This document shows positions 16,470 to 25,499 of a stretch of 43,199 nucleotides of DNA, in pieces. The stretch's first letter is position 1; the number at the start of each line of letters is the position of its first letter. The stretch lies in IMG/VR virus record IMGVR_UViG_3300028902_000016; one strand, given 5' to 3'. The translations under genes were made by a program, and so were the position numbers. The notes below the pieces were generated by a model that saw only the letters and a list, made by a program, of their open reading frames with translations, did no database searches and was not told the origin of the DNA. The stretch is from a virus.

Positions 16470-16862
16470 TTAGTCGGTGGTCAGTGGCGGCTTGGATGTC
16501 TTATTGATGTACACCATGCCGACGTTCGTATTTCGGGTTCTCGTTGCCTCGCGGATTCGCGGCTCGCCAAGAATCTCGTACCAGGTTCCGTTGTCGGAGT
16601 GGCCTGGAGTGATGTTGAGAATCAGGTCCTGCCCTCTCACGTCCTGGGTCGCGTCGAAGTGGATCTTGTCTTCACTGATCGACAAGTCCTTCTTTTGGAG
16701 GCCAGCCACCATCGGAGCGTCTGCATTGGTGGTCGCAAAGAGATAGCCTGGGAGCTTCTCGATATTGACCGCCCAAAGCCAGTCCCCGTTTACCGCCCTT
16801 GTCTTTCGGTAAGTCTGAAAGACGTGGACGTACAGATGCCTTTGCCTGCGATTAAGAGCCAT
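16470..16862 (-). CDS. Head-tail adaptor / head-closure protein candidate (130 aa)
   Basis: Position and size only. Confidence 0.5.
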   Translation of the reverse strand: MALNRRQRHLYVHVFQTYRKTRAVNGDWLWAVNIEKLPGYLFATTNADAPMVAGLQKKDLSISEDKIHFDATQDVRGQDLILNITPGHSDNGTWYEILGEPRIREATRTRNTNVGMVYINKTSKPPLTTD

Positions 16863-17232
16863 CGATCCAGAACTCCAACTCGATCACGAACCAACCGTCC
16901 ATCTCTTCGGCGTATTGAATGTGGCCTTCGTGAGTGGTCGTTTCGCCTTGCTTTTGGATAGCCACGCTGCATGGCCCCACGGAAATCGTATTTCCCTTGC
17001 GAGAGGGGATCACTTGCAGTTCCGTGAACACCTTTCGCCTGCCAGTTGGGAGCGTCGTATCAGCCCTCACGCTGGCATGAAGAACGGTCTCCGTTTTTGC
17101 CTCAAGCGATATCGCCGTTTTGACTAAGAACCAATCGCCTATCTCGCCGTTGAATGTCAACTGAGAGCCTTCGAAAAGCTCTTTAGTGAATGGTCGTGCC
17201 ATAAATCTCCTCACGGTGCCCGTATAGTTCAA
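16852..17232 (-). CDS. Hypothetical protein (126 aa)
   Basis: ORF in the operon frame order. Overlaps the 3' end of the TPR-GT gene by 50 nt (20 nt if the Met at 17202 is used). Confidence 0.45.
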   Translation of the reverse strand: MNYTGTVRRFMARPFTKELFEGSQLTFNGEIGDWFLVKTAISLEAKTETVLHASVRADTTLPTGRRKVFTELQVIPSRKGNTISVGPCSVAIQKQGETTTHEGHIQYAEEMDGWFVIELEFWIDGS

Positions 17233-18433
17233 ATGCCACTCGATCGAGCACCGTCGACCAGTCTCCTTGCTCTTTCTGCCGGACGATGCGGATCGATGGA
17301 TACCAGGGGCATGAATCGGTGTAATCGCGCCAACGAAAGTCGATGTACTTCGGAAGCATGAGAATCGTCGGCTTATTCAATGCTCCCGCAAGATGGGCGA
17401 CCGCGGTATCCACGGTCACAACCAGGTCCAAATTCTCGATGATCGCAGCGGTTACCGAGAAGTCGGCTAGGCAGTCTCCGAAGTCGAGCACGTCCATGCC
17501 ATGCGGCAACCGTGCGTAATTCTCAGATCCCTTCTGGAGCCCTAAGAACCGAATTCCAGCGAGTGGCGATAGCTCCTCAGGCTTGATGGACCTGAATGCG
17601 TCGTTGTCGTGCGATGCCCGTCCCTGCCATGCGATCCCGACTCGCCTGTCTTTTGGCAATGCCTCCTTGTAAGTGGAGACCAAGGCTTGATCGGCTTTCA
17701 AGTACGGTTCATTGGGAACGTCCCCGTCGCTGCGCAATCCCAGCACTCGCGGAAGGCTCATGAGGCTGATGGCACAGTCTGCTTCCACTGCCATCGAATT
17801 ATCAGTAGGTTGAGCGACTACCGGGTAACCGCTCGCCTGCATGAGCGACACAAGCGGCTCTTGCACTTCGAGCGTAAAACTCACTCCCATCTTTTGGAGC
17901 ATGGGAAGCATCTTGCTTGCCCAGATCGTGTCTCCAAATCCTTGCTCGGAGTAAACGAGAACATGCTGCCCGATGCTTGGCTTCCCGTCCCACTTCGGCA
18001 GAAGCGTCCTCACGGGTCGCATACAGTTGACGATCCCGAATTCGTAGTCCTTCCAGCCCTGTTCCCAGTTGCCGAGAGTGAGATTGGCCGACGCCCTGTT
18101 CCATCTGGCAGACGGCTTATCTGGAGCTACTGCCAGGGCCTTGTCCAAGCACTTGAGCGCCTGCTGATATTCGCCCTGCTGGATCAGAATGCCCCCCAGA
18201 ACGGTGAGGATATCTGGGTTGTGAGGCTTGAATGCCAGCCCCTTTGATAGTTCGGCCCTAGCTCCTACCATGTCTTTCGTGTGAGCGAGAGCTACTCCTA
18301 AGTTGAATCTAGCGTCTGCATGAGACGGATCGTATTGCAGGAATTCTTGAAGGGCTGGAATCGCCTCGGCGTATCGCTTGGCCTGCATGATGCCAAGGCA
18401 CGAGAGATAGAGGTCGTTCGCCGTAGGTTCCAT
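17183..18433 (-). CDS. TPR-repeat protein fused to a GT9-like (heptosyltransferase-fold) glycosyltransferase domain (416 aa)
   Basis: The N-terminal about 120 aa are TPR-like repeats (AEAIPALQEFLQYDPSHADARFNLGVALA..., YQQALKCLDKALAVAPD). The C-terminal part has SEQGFGDTIWASKMLP and VTVDTAVAHLAGALNKPTILML, signatures I associate with TPR-GT9-type glycosyltransferases. Confidence 0.7.
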   Translation of the reverse strand: MEPTANDLYLSCLGIMQAKRYAEAIPALQEFLQYDPSHADARFNLGVALAHTKDMVGARAELSKGLAFKPHNPDILTVLGGILIQQGEYQQALKCLDKALAVAPDKPSARWNRASANLTLGNWEQGWKDYEFGIVNCMRPVRTLLPKWDGKPSIGQHVLVYSEQGFGDTIWASKMLPMLQKMGVSFTLEVQEPLVSLMQASGYPVVAQPTDNSMAVEADCAISLMSLPRVLGLRSDGDVPNEPYLKADQALVSTYKEALPKDRRVGIAWQGRASHDNDAFRSIKPEELSPLAGIRFLGLQKGSENYARLPHGMDVLDFGDCLADFSVTAAIIENLDLVVTVDTAVAHLAGALNKPTILMLPKYIDFRWRDYTDSCPWYPSIRIVRQKEQGDWSTVLDRVAFELYGHREEIYGTTIH

Positions 18434-18454
18434 AGGTTTTTAACTTCAAAGTTG

Positions 18455-18481
18455 AAAAGGGTAAGACAATTGTTCTTACCC
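18455..18481 (-). terminator. Intrinsic terminator between the connector gene and the TPR-GT gene
   Basis: Minus-strand RNA is GGGTAAGA-acaattg-TCTTACCC followed by TTTTCAACTTT. The 8-bp perfect stem lies at 18459-18481. Confidence 0.6.
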
Positions 18482-18535
18482 CTGGTGGGCCTCAAGAATT
18501 GAGATTTTACCGGAGCCGGTAAATTCTCTGAGTTT

Positions 18536-18586
18536 CTACTGGCGTCAGCAAAAACCATCTAACTTGTAGCTTATTGACGCCAGTAG
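18536..18586 (-). repeat. 12-bp perfect inverted repeat (CTACTGGCGTCA / TGACGCCAGTAG) with a 27-nt spacer
   Basis: Arms at 18536-18547 and 18575-18586, immediately after the stop of gene 18593..19261. Confidence 0.6.
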
Positions 18587-18592
18587 GCTTCA

Positions 18593-19261
18593 TCAATACC
18601 TCGTCATCAGGGTGTACCGTCGCATAACCCGACGCGCCTCATTGTTCCACGTGGAACCAAACTTGGCGATCAGCTCGATGGAGTACCGCTCTTTCACGTC
18701 GTCTTCGGAGAACTCGATCATGCCTTGGCTGAGTCCCTCCTTGATCGCAGTCGACGCCAAGCTCGCCGCCAGCTTTCGGATGGCGTTCCATGCGTCCGCT
18801 GGGATCTCCGTGGCGCAGTAGCCCGGCAGACCCGAGACTTTGATGCTCCTGGGCGGGCCCCAGCGATTGACGGTGAATTCGATCGCGGTGTAAGGAACGG
18901 AATCGGCAACCGCGTTGTATGGCAAAAGTCGGTAATCGTCCCCTGCGGTGAGTTCTTCTCCGACTGCATCGTCCGGGGTAATCCCAACGGTTACGGATGC
19001 GATGGAGACGAATCCTCTGGCAAGCTCAAGCAGCTTCGCGCCGCCTCTGGTCTCATGCCTTCGGTTAGGTCCTGGGGGATCGAAGTAGAAGTCGACGTCG
19101 GCCTCGGAAGTCTGGAAGAACGGCTTGTAACCGGTCTCCTGCTCCCAGATAGCAACGGCATCGTCCGCATAGACCGACAGGTCCATTCCGCAAGCATCGA
19201 TCTCCGCCGATTTCAGCAGTTCGATGACATCGTTGCCATCCGGGTAGGCAGTGTAGTTCAT
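18593..19261 (-). CDS. Head-tail connector (gp6-like) protein candidate (222 aa)
   Basis: Position after the capsid block. The N-terminal pattern (ELLKSAEID...ADDAVAIWEQETGYKPF) resembles gp6-like connector proteins. Confidence 0.5.
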   Translation of the reverse strand: MNYTAYPDGNDVIELLKSAEIDACGMDLSVYADDAVAIWEQETGYKPFFQTSEADVDFYFDPPGPNRRHETRGGAKLLELARGFVSIASVTVGITPDDAVGEELTAGDDYRLLPYNAVADSVPYTAIEFTVNRWGPPRSIKVSGLPGYCATEIPADAWNAIRKLAASLASTAIKEGLSQGMIEFSEDDVKERYSIELIAKFGSTWNNEARRVMRRYTLMTRY

Positions 19262-19485
19262 TACTTCTTCTTGGAAGTCGCCTTAGGCTTTGTGGCCCTT
19301 GGCTTAGGTTCGGGAGCCGTTTCTGACTCCGGTGTCGGTTCGGTGATTGCCGCTGCAGGCTCCAGTGCGCTCAGCAGGACGCCGATGCGCATAAGAGCAA
19401 GCTGGGAAGCCTCCACTGCCGGAACCTCGATTGTGGAACCGGCAGGGAGTCCGTTATGCGGCTGAAGCAATTTCAGCCGTGCCAT
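19261..19485 (-). CDS. Small protein with Pro/Glu/Lys-rich tail (74 aa)
   Basis: The internal ATG at 19485 (MARLKLLQPHNG...) lies 2 nt after the stop of 19488..19949. The longer track ORF (to 19842) overlaps that gene with Arg-rich junk. Confidence 0.5.
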   Translation of the reverse strand: MARLKLLQPHNGLPAGSTIEVPAVEASQLALMRIGVLLSALEPAAAITEPTPESETAPEPKPRATKPKATSKKK

Positions 19486-19487
19486 GG

Positions 19488-19949
19488 CTAGACGAAGATT
19501 TCCTGGGCCAAGCCGCGAGTGGACATGGTTGCAGGGACCTGCTTCGCCCGGCTGAGAACTGCAATGGCGACGAAGTACGCGCCAGCAGCTCCGTCGCCAC
19601 CGGTGGCAACCAGATCGAGGTACCGCTTGCGGCCCTTGAGGTTGACCCGGAAGGCGTGGAACGTGTTGTCTCCCGTCGCGCCTGAGGCGGCAGGAAGGGC
19701 GGCCGTGTTGCCGTCGCTCATGGTTCCACCGTTGAAGGTGGCCCCGGTGATGTCGGCGTAGCTGCCGTCCGTGTCCGACTCTTGCAGCTTGAGAGCCGCC
19801 ATGGCGATGTCCGTCGCTCCAATGAGCAAGTAGATATCGCACCAGTCGTAACCCTTCGTGTCGATCGATGCCGTAGTCAACGAAGCGTTGTCTACGATCG
19901 CGCCCGGAGGGGTGATGGCGATGATCTTCTGATCTAGTGCAGTGATCAC
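19488..19949 (-). CDS. Capsid-associated protein (possible decoration/cement protein, 153 aa)
   Basis: GTG start with a GAGGAG 6 nt upstream. Lies directly after the major capsid gene. Beta-rich. The function is a guess from position. Confidence 0.5.
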   Translation of the reverse strand: MITALDQKIIAITPPGAIVDNASLTTASIDTKGYDWCDIYLLIGATDIAMAALKLQESDTDGSYADITGATFNGGTMSDGNTAALPAASGATGDNTFHAFRVNLKGRKRYLDLVATGGDGAAGAYFVAIAVLSRAKQVPATMSTRGLAQEIFV

Positions 19950-19964
19950 GTGATTCTCCTCGAA

Positions 19965-19985
19965 GGCCCGGAACCTATCCGGGCC
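19965..19985 (-). terminator. Hairpin after the major capsid gene (possible attenuator)
   Basis: GGCCCGG-ataggtt-CCGGGCC followed by TTCGAGGAG. Both 7-nt arms are the same as in terminator T3 at 28789-28816. There is no long U tract. Confidence 0.4.
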
Positions 19986-20011
19986 AAGATTTCAAGTCAG
20001 ACCCTCCGGTC

Positions 20012-21376
20012 TTACGAAGCCGCCATGATGAGGCCAACGACCGGACCGGCAGTGCCAGTCGCTCCAACGTCGTGGACGTTGATGTCGAATCGCTGGATCG
20101 CTCGAACCTGGGTGATGTCCTTGTTGAACTCGATGTGCTCGGAAGCCGCGATGCTCGTCTGCATGCGGTCCCCGAACTCAGCGGCGAGTCCCAGATCGCC
20201 AAAGACGACCGGAACCTGAGAGTTCGCGGCAGTCGTCGGCATCGACTGGGCAAGCTCGACATCGAATCCAAGGAATCGACGCGCTACCCCGTTGATGATC
20301 TCAGCGGCAGGAACGCCGCCAGCCGCCAAAGCGAGTGGCTTCATGACGCCCTCGAAGAACGCCTTGGAGCAATACCACTTGGCATTGGCTTCTGCGTACA
20401 GTGGAAGCGCCGCCGCCACCGAGTAGAAGTTGGCGATCGTCAACTCGCTGTAAGCGTTTCCTGCGCCAAGCACGAGGCCCGTACCACCGGCAGTGGTGAA
20501 GACATCGTAGAGCCGCTGGGTGACGCCGACCATGCGCCCGTAGGTGGACGTGCCGTCTCCGATGAAGCCGCACTCGTCCTCCTTCTTGGCAAAAGCGTAG
20601 GCCGCTTCCCCGGCAAACGTGTCGCCAAGGTTGATGACCCCGTCCTGGCCAAGCTCCCCGCTGTACTTCGCCAAAATGGCGACCTTCTTAGCGGTGAGGG
20701 TCACACGGTCCCACTTCATCTTGGATTCGGTGATCGAGTCCTCTTCATCCACGAAGTAGGCAGTCAGCCCTTGCGTCTGTCGCAACCGGCTGTGAGTCTC
20801 GGATCCCATTGGGGTGTACCGAGCATTCGAGCGAAAGACGCCGTACTTCTCACGAAGGAGAATGAGCGCCTGCTCGAATTCTGGGAGCACCAGGAATCCA
20901 CCCTCTTCGTTGATGCCTTCCGTGTGGCCGGCAAGAGGGATTCCGTTGTCGCGGCAGAATCGAAGGCCATCAGCCTTGCCCATTGCCGCTCGAACGAACA
21001 TGCCCATGCGGTAGCCGAGCTTCTTGGCATCTTCGGAGGCCATGCCGACCGACATCAGATGCCGAGCCGTATGGCGGGAGTTGGCGATTGCTTTGAAGGA
21101 TTCGTCCTTGTCGACGATTGCGCTCGATGCGATGGATTGCATCTTGCCCATGCCGTTCAGGAACGTATCCGCCTCTGCGATTGCCTTGGACAGGTTCTGC
21201 TCGTTTGCGATCTGCTGCTGAATAGCCGCGATTTCGCCTGGAATGGCCTCGGCTCGCTCCACGTCTCGGGAATCCTTGGACTCCTTCGCCTGGATCGACT
21301 TGGCCTCATTGATGAGGGACTGCATCTCATCGTGCAGTCGCTTTACAGTTGGGTTCATTTTTCCCTCGTCTTTCAA
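20012..21376 (-). CDS. Major capsid protein, HK97-like, with N-terminal coiled-coil (delta/scaffold-like) region (454 aa)
   Basis: The EGGFLVLPEFEQ motif and overall pattern are typical of HK97-family capsid proteins. Follows the protease gene. The N-terminal about 100 aa are charged and helical. Confidence 0.85.
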   Translation of the reverse strand: MKDEGKMNPTVKRLHDEMQSLINEAKSIQAKESKDSRDVERAEAIPGEIAAIQQQIANEQNLSKAIAEADTFLNGMGKMQSIASSAIVDKDESFKAIANSRHTARHLMSVGMASEDAKKLGYRMGMFVRAAMGKADGLRFCRDNGIPLAGHTEGINEEGGFLVLPEFEQALILLREKYGVFRSNARYTPMGSETHSRLRQTQGLTAYFVDEEDSITESKMKWDRVTLTAKKVAILAKYSGELGQDGVINLGDTFAGEAAYAFAKKEDECGFIGDGTSTYGRMVGVTQRLYDVFTTAGGTGLVLGAGNAYSELTIANFYSVAAALPLYAEANAKWYCSKAFFEGVMKPLALAAGGVPAAEIINGVARRFLGFDVELAQSMPTTAANSQVPVVFGDLGLAAEFGDRMQTSIAASEHIEFNKDITQVRAIQRFDINVHDVGATGTAGPVVGLIMAAS

Positions 21377-22527
21377 TTGGTTGCCATGGACAGCTCGGCA
21401 AGCTCGATGGACTCGGATAACCGAGCCATGAGATCGTCGACCTGTCGGGTTTCGGAACTAAGAGCCGCGCACTCGCTTACAACTTGGGTAAGCCGTTCGC
21501 TCAGGCCCTGCGCCTGCTGCAACCGCTCAGGGCTGAAGCAGCGGCCTTGCGATTCACGAAGGTCTTTCACCTCGGCAAGTCGCTCGGCGATCCCTTCCAC
21601 GGCGATAAGCGCCGAATCGAGGGCTTGCTCCAAAGTCGAACCGATAAGCGGCTCCGTCTCTGTAGCGAAATCGGATTTGATGGCGCAGGGCCTCTTGCCG
21701 CCCCTTGCCAAACTGATGATCAGATCGTCGAAGCTCGATAGCCCATCGATCAGGCCAAGGTTCATAGCCTCTTGCCCGACGTGGACGCGCCCGTCTGCGA
21801 CCGCTTCGACTGCCGATCGCTTCATACGCCGGCCGGATGCGACTGCGGCAAGAAAATGCGAGTTCAGATCGTTCACCGTGCGCTGATACTCGGCGAGCTG
21901 CTCGTCGGTGATCTTCGCGCCTTCCACGCCCGCGCCCTTGTACTTGCCGGTGCTGATCACATGGACGTTGATGCCAGCGTTCTCGTACCGCCTGGATTGA
22001 TCGTCCAGCACCATGTAGGTTCCGATCGATCCGACGATTGCCGTCGCGTTGGCAAAGATCTTCGTGCATTGGCTCGCCACCCAGTAAGCGGCGGAGCAGC
22101 ACGAGTCCTCGACGAACGCATAGCATGGCTTGGACTTTGTGGCGGCAAGAACGTCGGCGGCAAGATCGCCAGTACCCGCTACCGAGCCGCCTGGCGAGTC
22201 GATCGCAAGCACGATGGCCTTGACGTCCTCATCGCTGACCGCCTGGCGAATCGCCCTTCTCGTCATCACGGTGGAGCATCCGCCGCTGAACGACGTCGGT
22301 TGCTTGGTCATTGGCCCACTGATGGGAATCACCGCGACGCCGTTTCGGACTTCGTAGGGATCGGCCTCCGAGTACCCTTGGCCTCTGGCAGCCTGGAACT
22401 CAGCACGATGCGCCGTCGCGTCGGTGCTCTGGAGAATCCTCCAGATTTGACGCGCTGCCGCCTCCTCGATCGCCCAATGAGGGCAATGGTGGAGGACATC
22501 AATTGTCAGATTGTTCGTTGGTGTCAT
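21373..22527 (-). CDS. Prohead protease, S49/ClpP-like, with C-terminal helical extension (384 aa)
   Basis: VLAIDSPGGSVAG...CCSAAYWVASQC...VGSIGTY resembles SppA/S49 peptidases. Lies between the portal and capsid genes. Confidence 0.8.
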   Translation of the reverse strand: MTPTNNLTIDVLHHCPHWAIEEAAARQIWRILQSTDATAHRAEFQAARGQGYSEADPYEVRNGVAVIPISGPMTKQPTSFSGGCSTVMTRRAIRQAVSDEDVKAIVLAIDSPGGSVAGTGDLAADVLAATKSKPCYAFVEDSCCSAAYWVASQCTKIFANATAIVGSIGTYMVLDDQSRRYENAGINVHVISTGKYKGAGVEGAKITDEQLAEYQRTVNDLNSHFLAAVASGRRMKRSAVEAVADGRVHVGQEAMNLGLIDGLSSFDDLIISLARGGKRPCAIKSDFATETEPLIGSTLEQALDSALIAVEGIAERLAEVKDLRESQGRCFSPERLQQAQGLSERLTQVVSECAALSSETRQVDDLMARLSESIELAELSMATN

Positions 22528-23800
22528 TTCCTTGGGTGCTCTTGCCGTTCGTCTCGGCTTGGTTCGACTGCTCGCCTTTACGAAGATCGTCGCCGCCTTC
22601 GATAGGCTCCTCGCCTTCCTTCTGTCGGATTTCGTTCGGTGTCATCCATGGACCGCCACATGCGATCGCGTACCTTTTGGCCAGTTCGGTTTTGTCGTCT
22701 TGAAGGGCTTCGATAGCCTCGATTCGGAAGACAACCTCTTCACCAGGCATGCCTAGCTCTGGGATGAGATCACGAGTGAGTTGCGCCGCCTTCTTGCGCA
22801 TGTAAGGCTTCACGAAGTCCCGAGCCGCGGCAGTGGCTGCAGAGTTCGCGCTCGCCCGATTGTTGGTGTTCTCGAGACCTGTGCCGAGATTGAGCACCAG
22901 TGGCGGTATTCGAAGCACGGCGCATATGCGCTCCTCGCTTACGTTGCGGATACCCTCCAGATTCATGTCTGCCGGTGACGAACTGATCGAGTCCACCTTG
23001 ATCGGCAGTGGCATGATCAGCGGCCGCCCTCGATTGTCGCCAGTGATCTTCTCCGAGAATGCCCGGTTGATCTGTTCGACTTGATCGGGACCAAAAATGA
23101 TCTCGTTACCGTCGCCATCCTTCAGCGCCGGGCTGATCAGGTGAGGAGTGACGCCGGTATTGGCAAGAACGGTGAGAACGAAGTTCGCCGCTTGCTTGTC
23201 TGTGACTACCTCTTGGATCGCCGCTGCGATCGGGCCAAGCGACTCCTGAGGCTTCAGAGGGTTGATCGGCCCAAAGCGTTGCTGAAGCATCTCGCTCGGA
23301 TCGACCTGCATGTAGCCGCCTGAGACGCTGAGCCGGTAATAGTCGATGAAATTGCCCGAGTTCGGAGACCAAAATGGAGCAACCGAGAAGTGAGGCAGGT
23401 ATTCAAGCCCTATCAGCTTGCCCGCTCCCGATCGGTGCTTGTACGTGTAGGACGACCCAGGGCCAGCCAGTTCGCTGATGATCCAGCCAGACATGAGCGT
23501 CGTGCCGTCGTACCACGGGTTAGGGTTTTTCAGTAACTCGGTGATCGGGTGATCCGGTATCTCCTCAAATGTGCCGTCGCCTTTCGGCCTTCGCACGTAG
23601 ATGTCCACTTCGGACATCGCCGCACAGGCGTACATGATCGCCGCATAAACCACCGAGTTGTCGTAGCGAAGACCTGCCTCGCGGTTCCAATCTCGGCCAC
23701 CGCTCAGGTTCTGGGTTCCACGCCAGGAACTGCTCAGCGTGCCCCCGTAGCCGCGAGAGACCGACTTGAAGCCACGACGGGCGAGTTGTTGAATCCTCAT
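22499..23800 (-). CDS. Portal protein (HK97-family type, 433 aa)
   Basis: Lies downstream of the large terminase. Size and sequence pattern (LLKNPNPW..., acidic C-terminus) are typical of portal proteins. Confidence 0.8.
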   Translation of the reverse strand: MRIQQLARRGFKSVSRGYGGTLSSSWRGTQNLSGGRDWNREAGLRYDNSVVYAAIMYACAAMSEVDIYVRRPKGDGTFEEIPDHPITELLKNPNPWYDGTTLMSGWIISELAGPGSSYTYKHRSGAGKLIGLEYLPHFSVAPFWSPNSGNFIDYYRLSVSGGYMQVDPSEMLQQRFGPINPLKPQESLGPIAAAIQEVVTDKQAANFVLTVLANTGVTPHLISPALKDGDGNEIIFGPDQVEQINRAFSEKITGDNRGRPLIMPLPIKVDSISSSPADMNLEGIRNVSEERICAVLRIPPLVLNLGTGLENTNNRASANSAATAAARDFVKPYMRKKAAQLTRDLIPELGMPGEEVVFRIEAIEALQDDKTELAKRYAIACGGPWMTPNEIRQKEGEEPIEGGDDLRKGEQSNQAETNGKSTQGNDTNEQSDN

Positions 23801-23928
23801 TTAGAATCCTCTGAGAGCCAGCCGCGAACGATGCAGAACGCCACCCATCCGACCAGGCCAAGCAGGAAAGCCGCGAAGAGCGCCAAGGCGATCATCATCA
23901 CGTAGCCGAATAAATCGAGGTGGCTCAT
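23797..23928 (-). CDS. 43-aa hydrophobic peptide between TerL and portal (absent from the track)
   Basis: Hand translation: MSHLDLFGYVMMIALALFAAFLLGLVGWVAFCIVRGWLSEDSK. TAATG overlap with the TerL stop (23926-23930) and ATGA overlap with the portal start (23797-23800). Confidence 0.5.
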   Translation of the reverse strand: MSHLDLFGYVMMIALALFAAFLLGLVGWVAFCIVRGWLSEDSK

Positions 23929-25499
23929 TAGTAAATCGTGAGTTCAATCTGGCGAGGCTTGATCGCAAGCTCGTTAAAGGCGTCGGCTGCGGCGTCCACC
24001 TGATCGTCGTACTCGTGCTCTTCGTCTTCGCGGAATTTGCGGTGCTCTTGGATGAATTCGTGGTTCCAGTCGCTTTTGAGTAGCTTTACGTTGCCCGCGT
24101 TGACAGACTCCGCATAGCCTGCCGCACGTGTCGCTTTAGAGCCATTGCAGGGTTCAACCTTCAACCTGATGCGGTCTTTATATGGAGCAAGCATCGACCG
24201 GAATTGATCGGCTTGGTCCTTGCCCGCCTGCCCTGGATCTTGCGGAAGGTGAACGTGCTGTTTCGGGTACTGATTTGCAAAGAGCGCGGTCTTAGTGTGA
24301 ATCTCAGCCCGAACCTTATCGCTTCCTATCTGCTTTCGAAAGACGTCGACCACATAGATGACACCGTTCTTTCCCTGCGCCATCAGAACCCAGCAGGTGT
24401 AGTCGCCACCGCCTTCGGTGCCCGCAAGATCGAAAGCCAACGAGAACCGCAGTTCTTGATCTTCTGGCAGCTCGTCGATAATCTCGAACCGCTTGTAATC
24501 GAAGAAGTACCCGTCCGCCTGGGCGACTTCGTGCTGAGCCTCTCGCAGAAAGGTTTTCAGTCCCCATTCGTTGATTTGCCGCTCGCAAACCTCTAAGTCC
24601 TGCCCTTCCCACGTTGGGGTTCCGCCTACGATCTTCCAGACTTTGCGGCCATCGCCACGATCGACTGCTTCGACTTCGAGATTCTCGACGGCGACCGATA
24701 TCTCTGGGATCTCACGGTCCAGGAGAAAGTCTGCCCGGTCGTCGCAGAGTTGAGCGACGATGCCGTCTTCGTGGATCAGGTTTTGCAGAAACAGAACCGC
24801 GCAATCGCTCGATCCTGCCGGAATGATCGCCGACTTGATTGCAGCGAGCTTCTTGTCTACCGTCTTCGGGCTGTCGTCCTGCGAGTCGATGTCGTCAAAG
24901 ATGATCAGATCAGGCCTGAACTCTTCGATCTTGATGCCGCGGCTTGCAGTGTCGAGTCCCAATGACTGAACGTTGAATCCGTTCGCAACCCTGAGTAAGT
25001 TTCGACGCCAGCCCTTTGAGTGGCCGTACTTGTTCAGCGCCCTATCAATCCCCAGCTTCTCGAAGAGATCGGCGATGTTCTGAACGTGAAGGTCTGCTTG
25101 CTCCTGGGTGTTGGAGACATAAAGGCAGAACTTGCGGGTTCCCTTGTAACCGACACGGCAGACTCCCATCTCGCCCGTGGTCGACTTAGCGCCGCCTCTA
25201 GGCCAGGGTTCTACTCTTGGTGCAGGTTTGACGCCAGGGACAAGCGATTCCAGCCAATCCCAGAGCCTGATGTGTCTATCTGCGAACGGCTTGTAAACAT
25301 ATCCTGGGAACGTGTCTTTCAACCACCCCAGAAGTGAACGCGAGTCGGCTTGCGATTCTAACTCATCGCTTGCTTCTTTAAGAGTTAGAGCTATTGTCTC
25401 GAGATCGTCTCTCTCTTGCGGCGTCAAGTATTCCCACAACTCGAGCAGCTCGCTCTTCTTCGGAAGCACTTCCCTCAATCTTGCCTGAGTGCTGGACAT
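23928..25499 (-). CDS. terL: Terminase large subunit (523 aa)
   Basis: Walker A-like PRGGAKSTTG and Walker B-like LIIFDDIDSQDD, followed by a C-terminal nuclease-like region. Lies upstream of the portal gene. Confidence 0.85.
   Translation of the reverse strand: MSSTQARLREVLPKKSELLELWEYLTPQERDDLETIALTLKEASDELESQADSRSLLGWLKDTFPGYVYKPFADRHIRLWDWLESLVPGVKPAPRVEPWPRGGAKSTTGEMGVCRVGYKGTRKFCLYVSNTQEQADLHVQNIADLFEKLGIDRALNKYGHSKGWRRNLLRVANGFNVQSLGLDTASRGIKIEEFRPDLIIFDDIDSQDDSPKTVDKKLAAIKSAIIPAGSSDCAVLFLQNLIHEDGIVAQLCDDRADFLLDREIPEISVAVENLEVEAVDRGDGRKVWKIVGGTPTWEGQDLEVCERQINEWGLKTFLREAQHEVAQADGYFFDYKRFEIIDELPEDQELRFSLAFDLAGTEGGGDYTCWVLMAQGKNGVIYVVDVFRKQIGSDKVRAEIHTKTALFANQYPKQHVHLPQDPGQAGKDQADQFRSMLAPYKDRIRLKVEPCNGSKATRAAGYAESVNAGNVKLLKSDWNHEFIQEHRKFREDEEHEYDDQVDAAADAFNELAIKPRQIELTIY

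Noticed and set aside
20072-21886. 604-aa plus-strand ORF, the second-longest class of ORF in the track
   Set aside because: It lies entirely antisense to the well-supported capsid and protease genes. Its translation is Arg/Ser/Leu-rich low-complexity sequence with no motif. This is a typical shadow ORF of GC-rich coding DNA.
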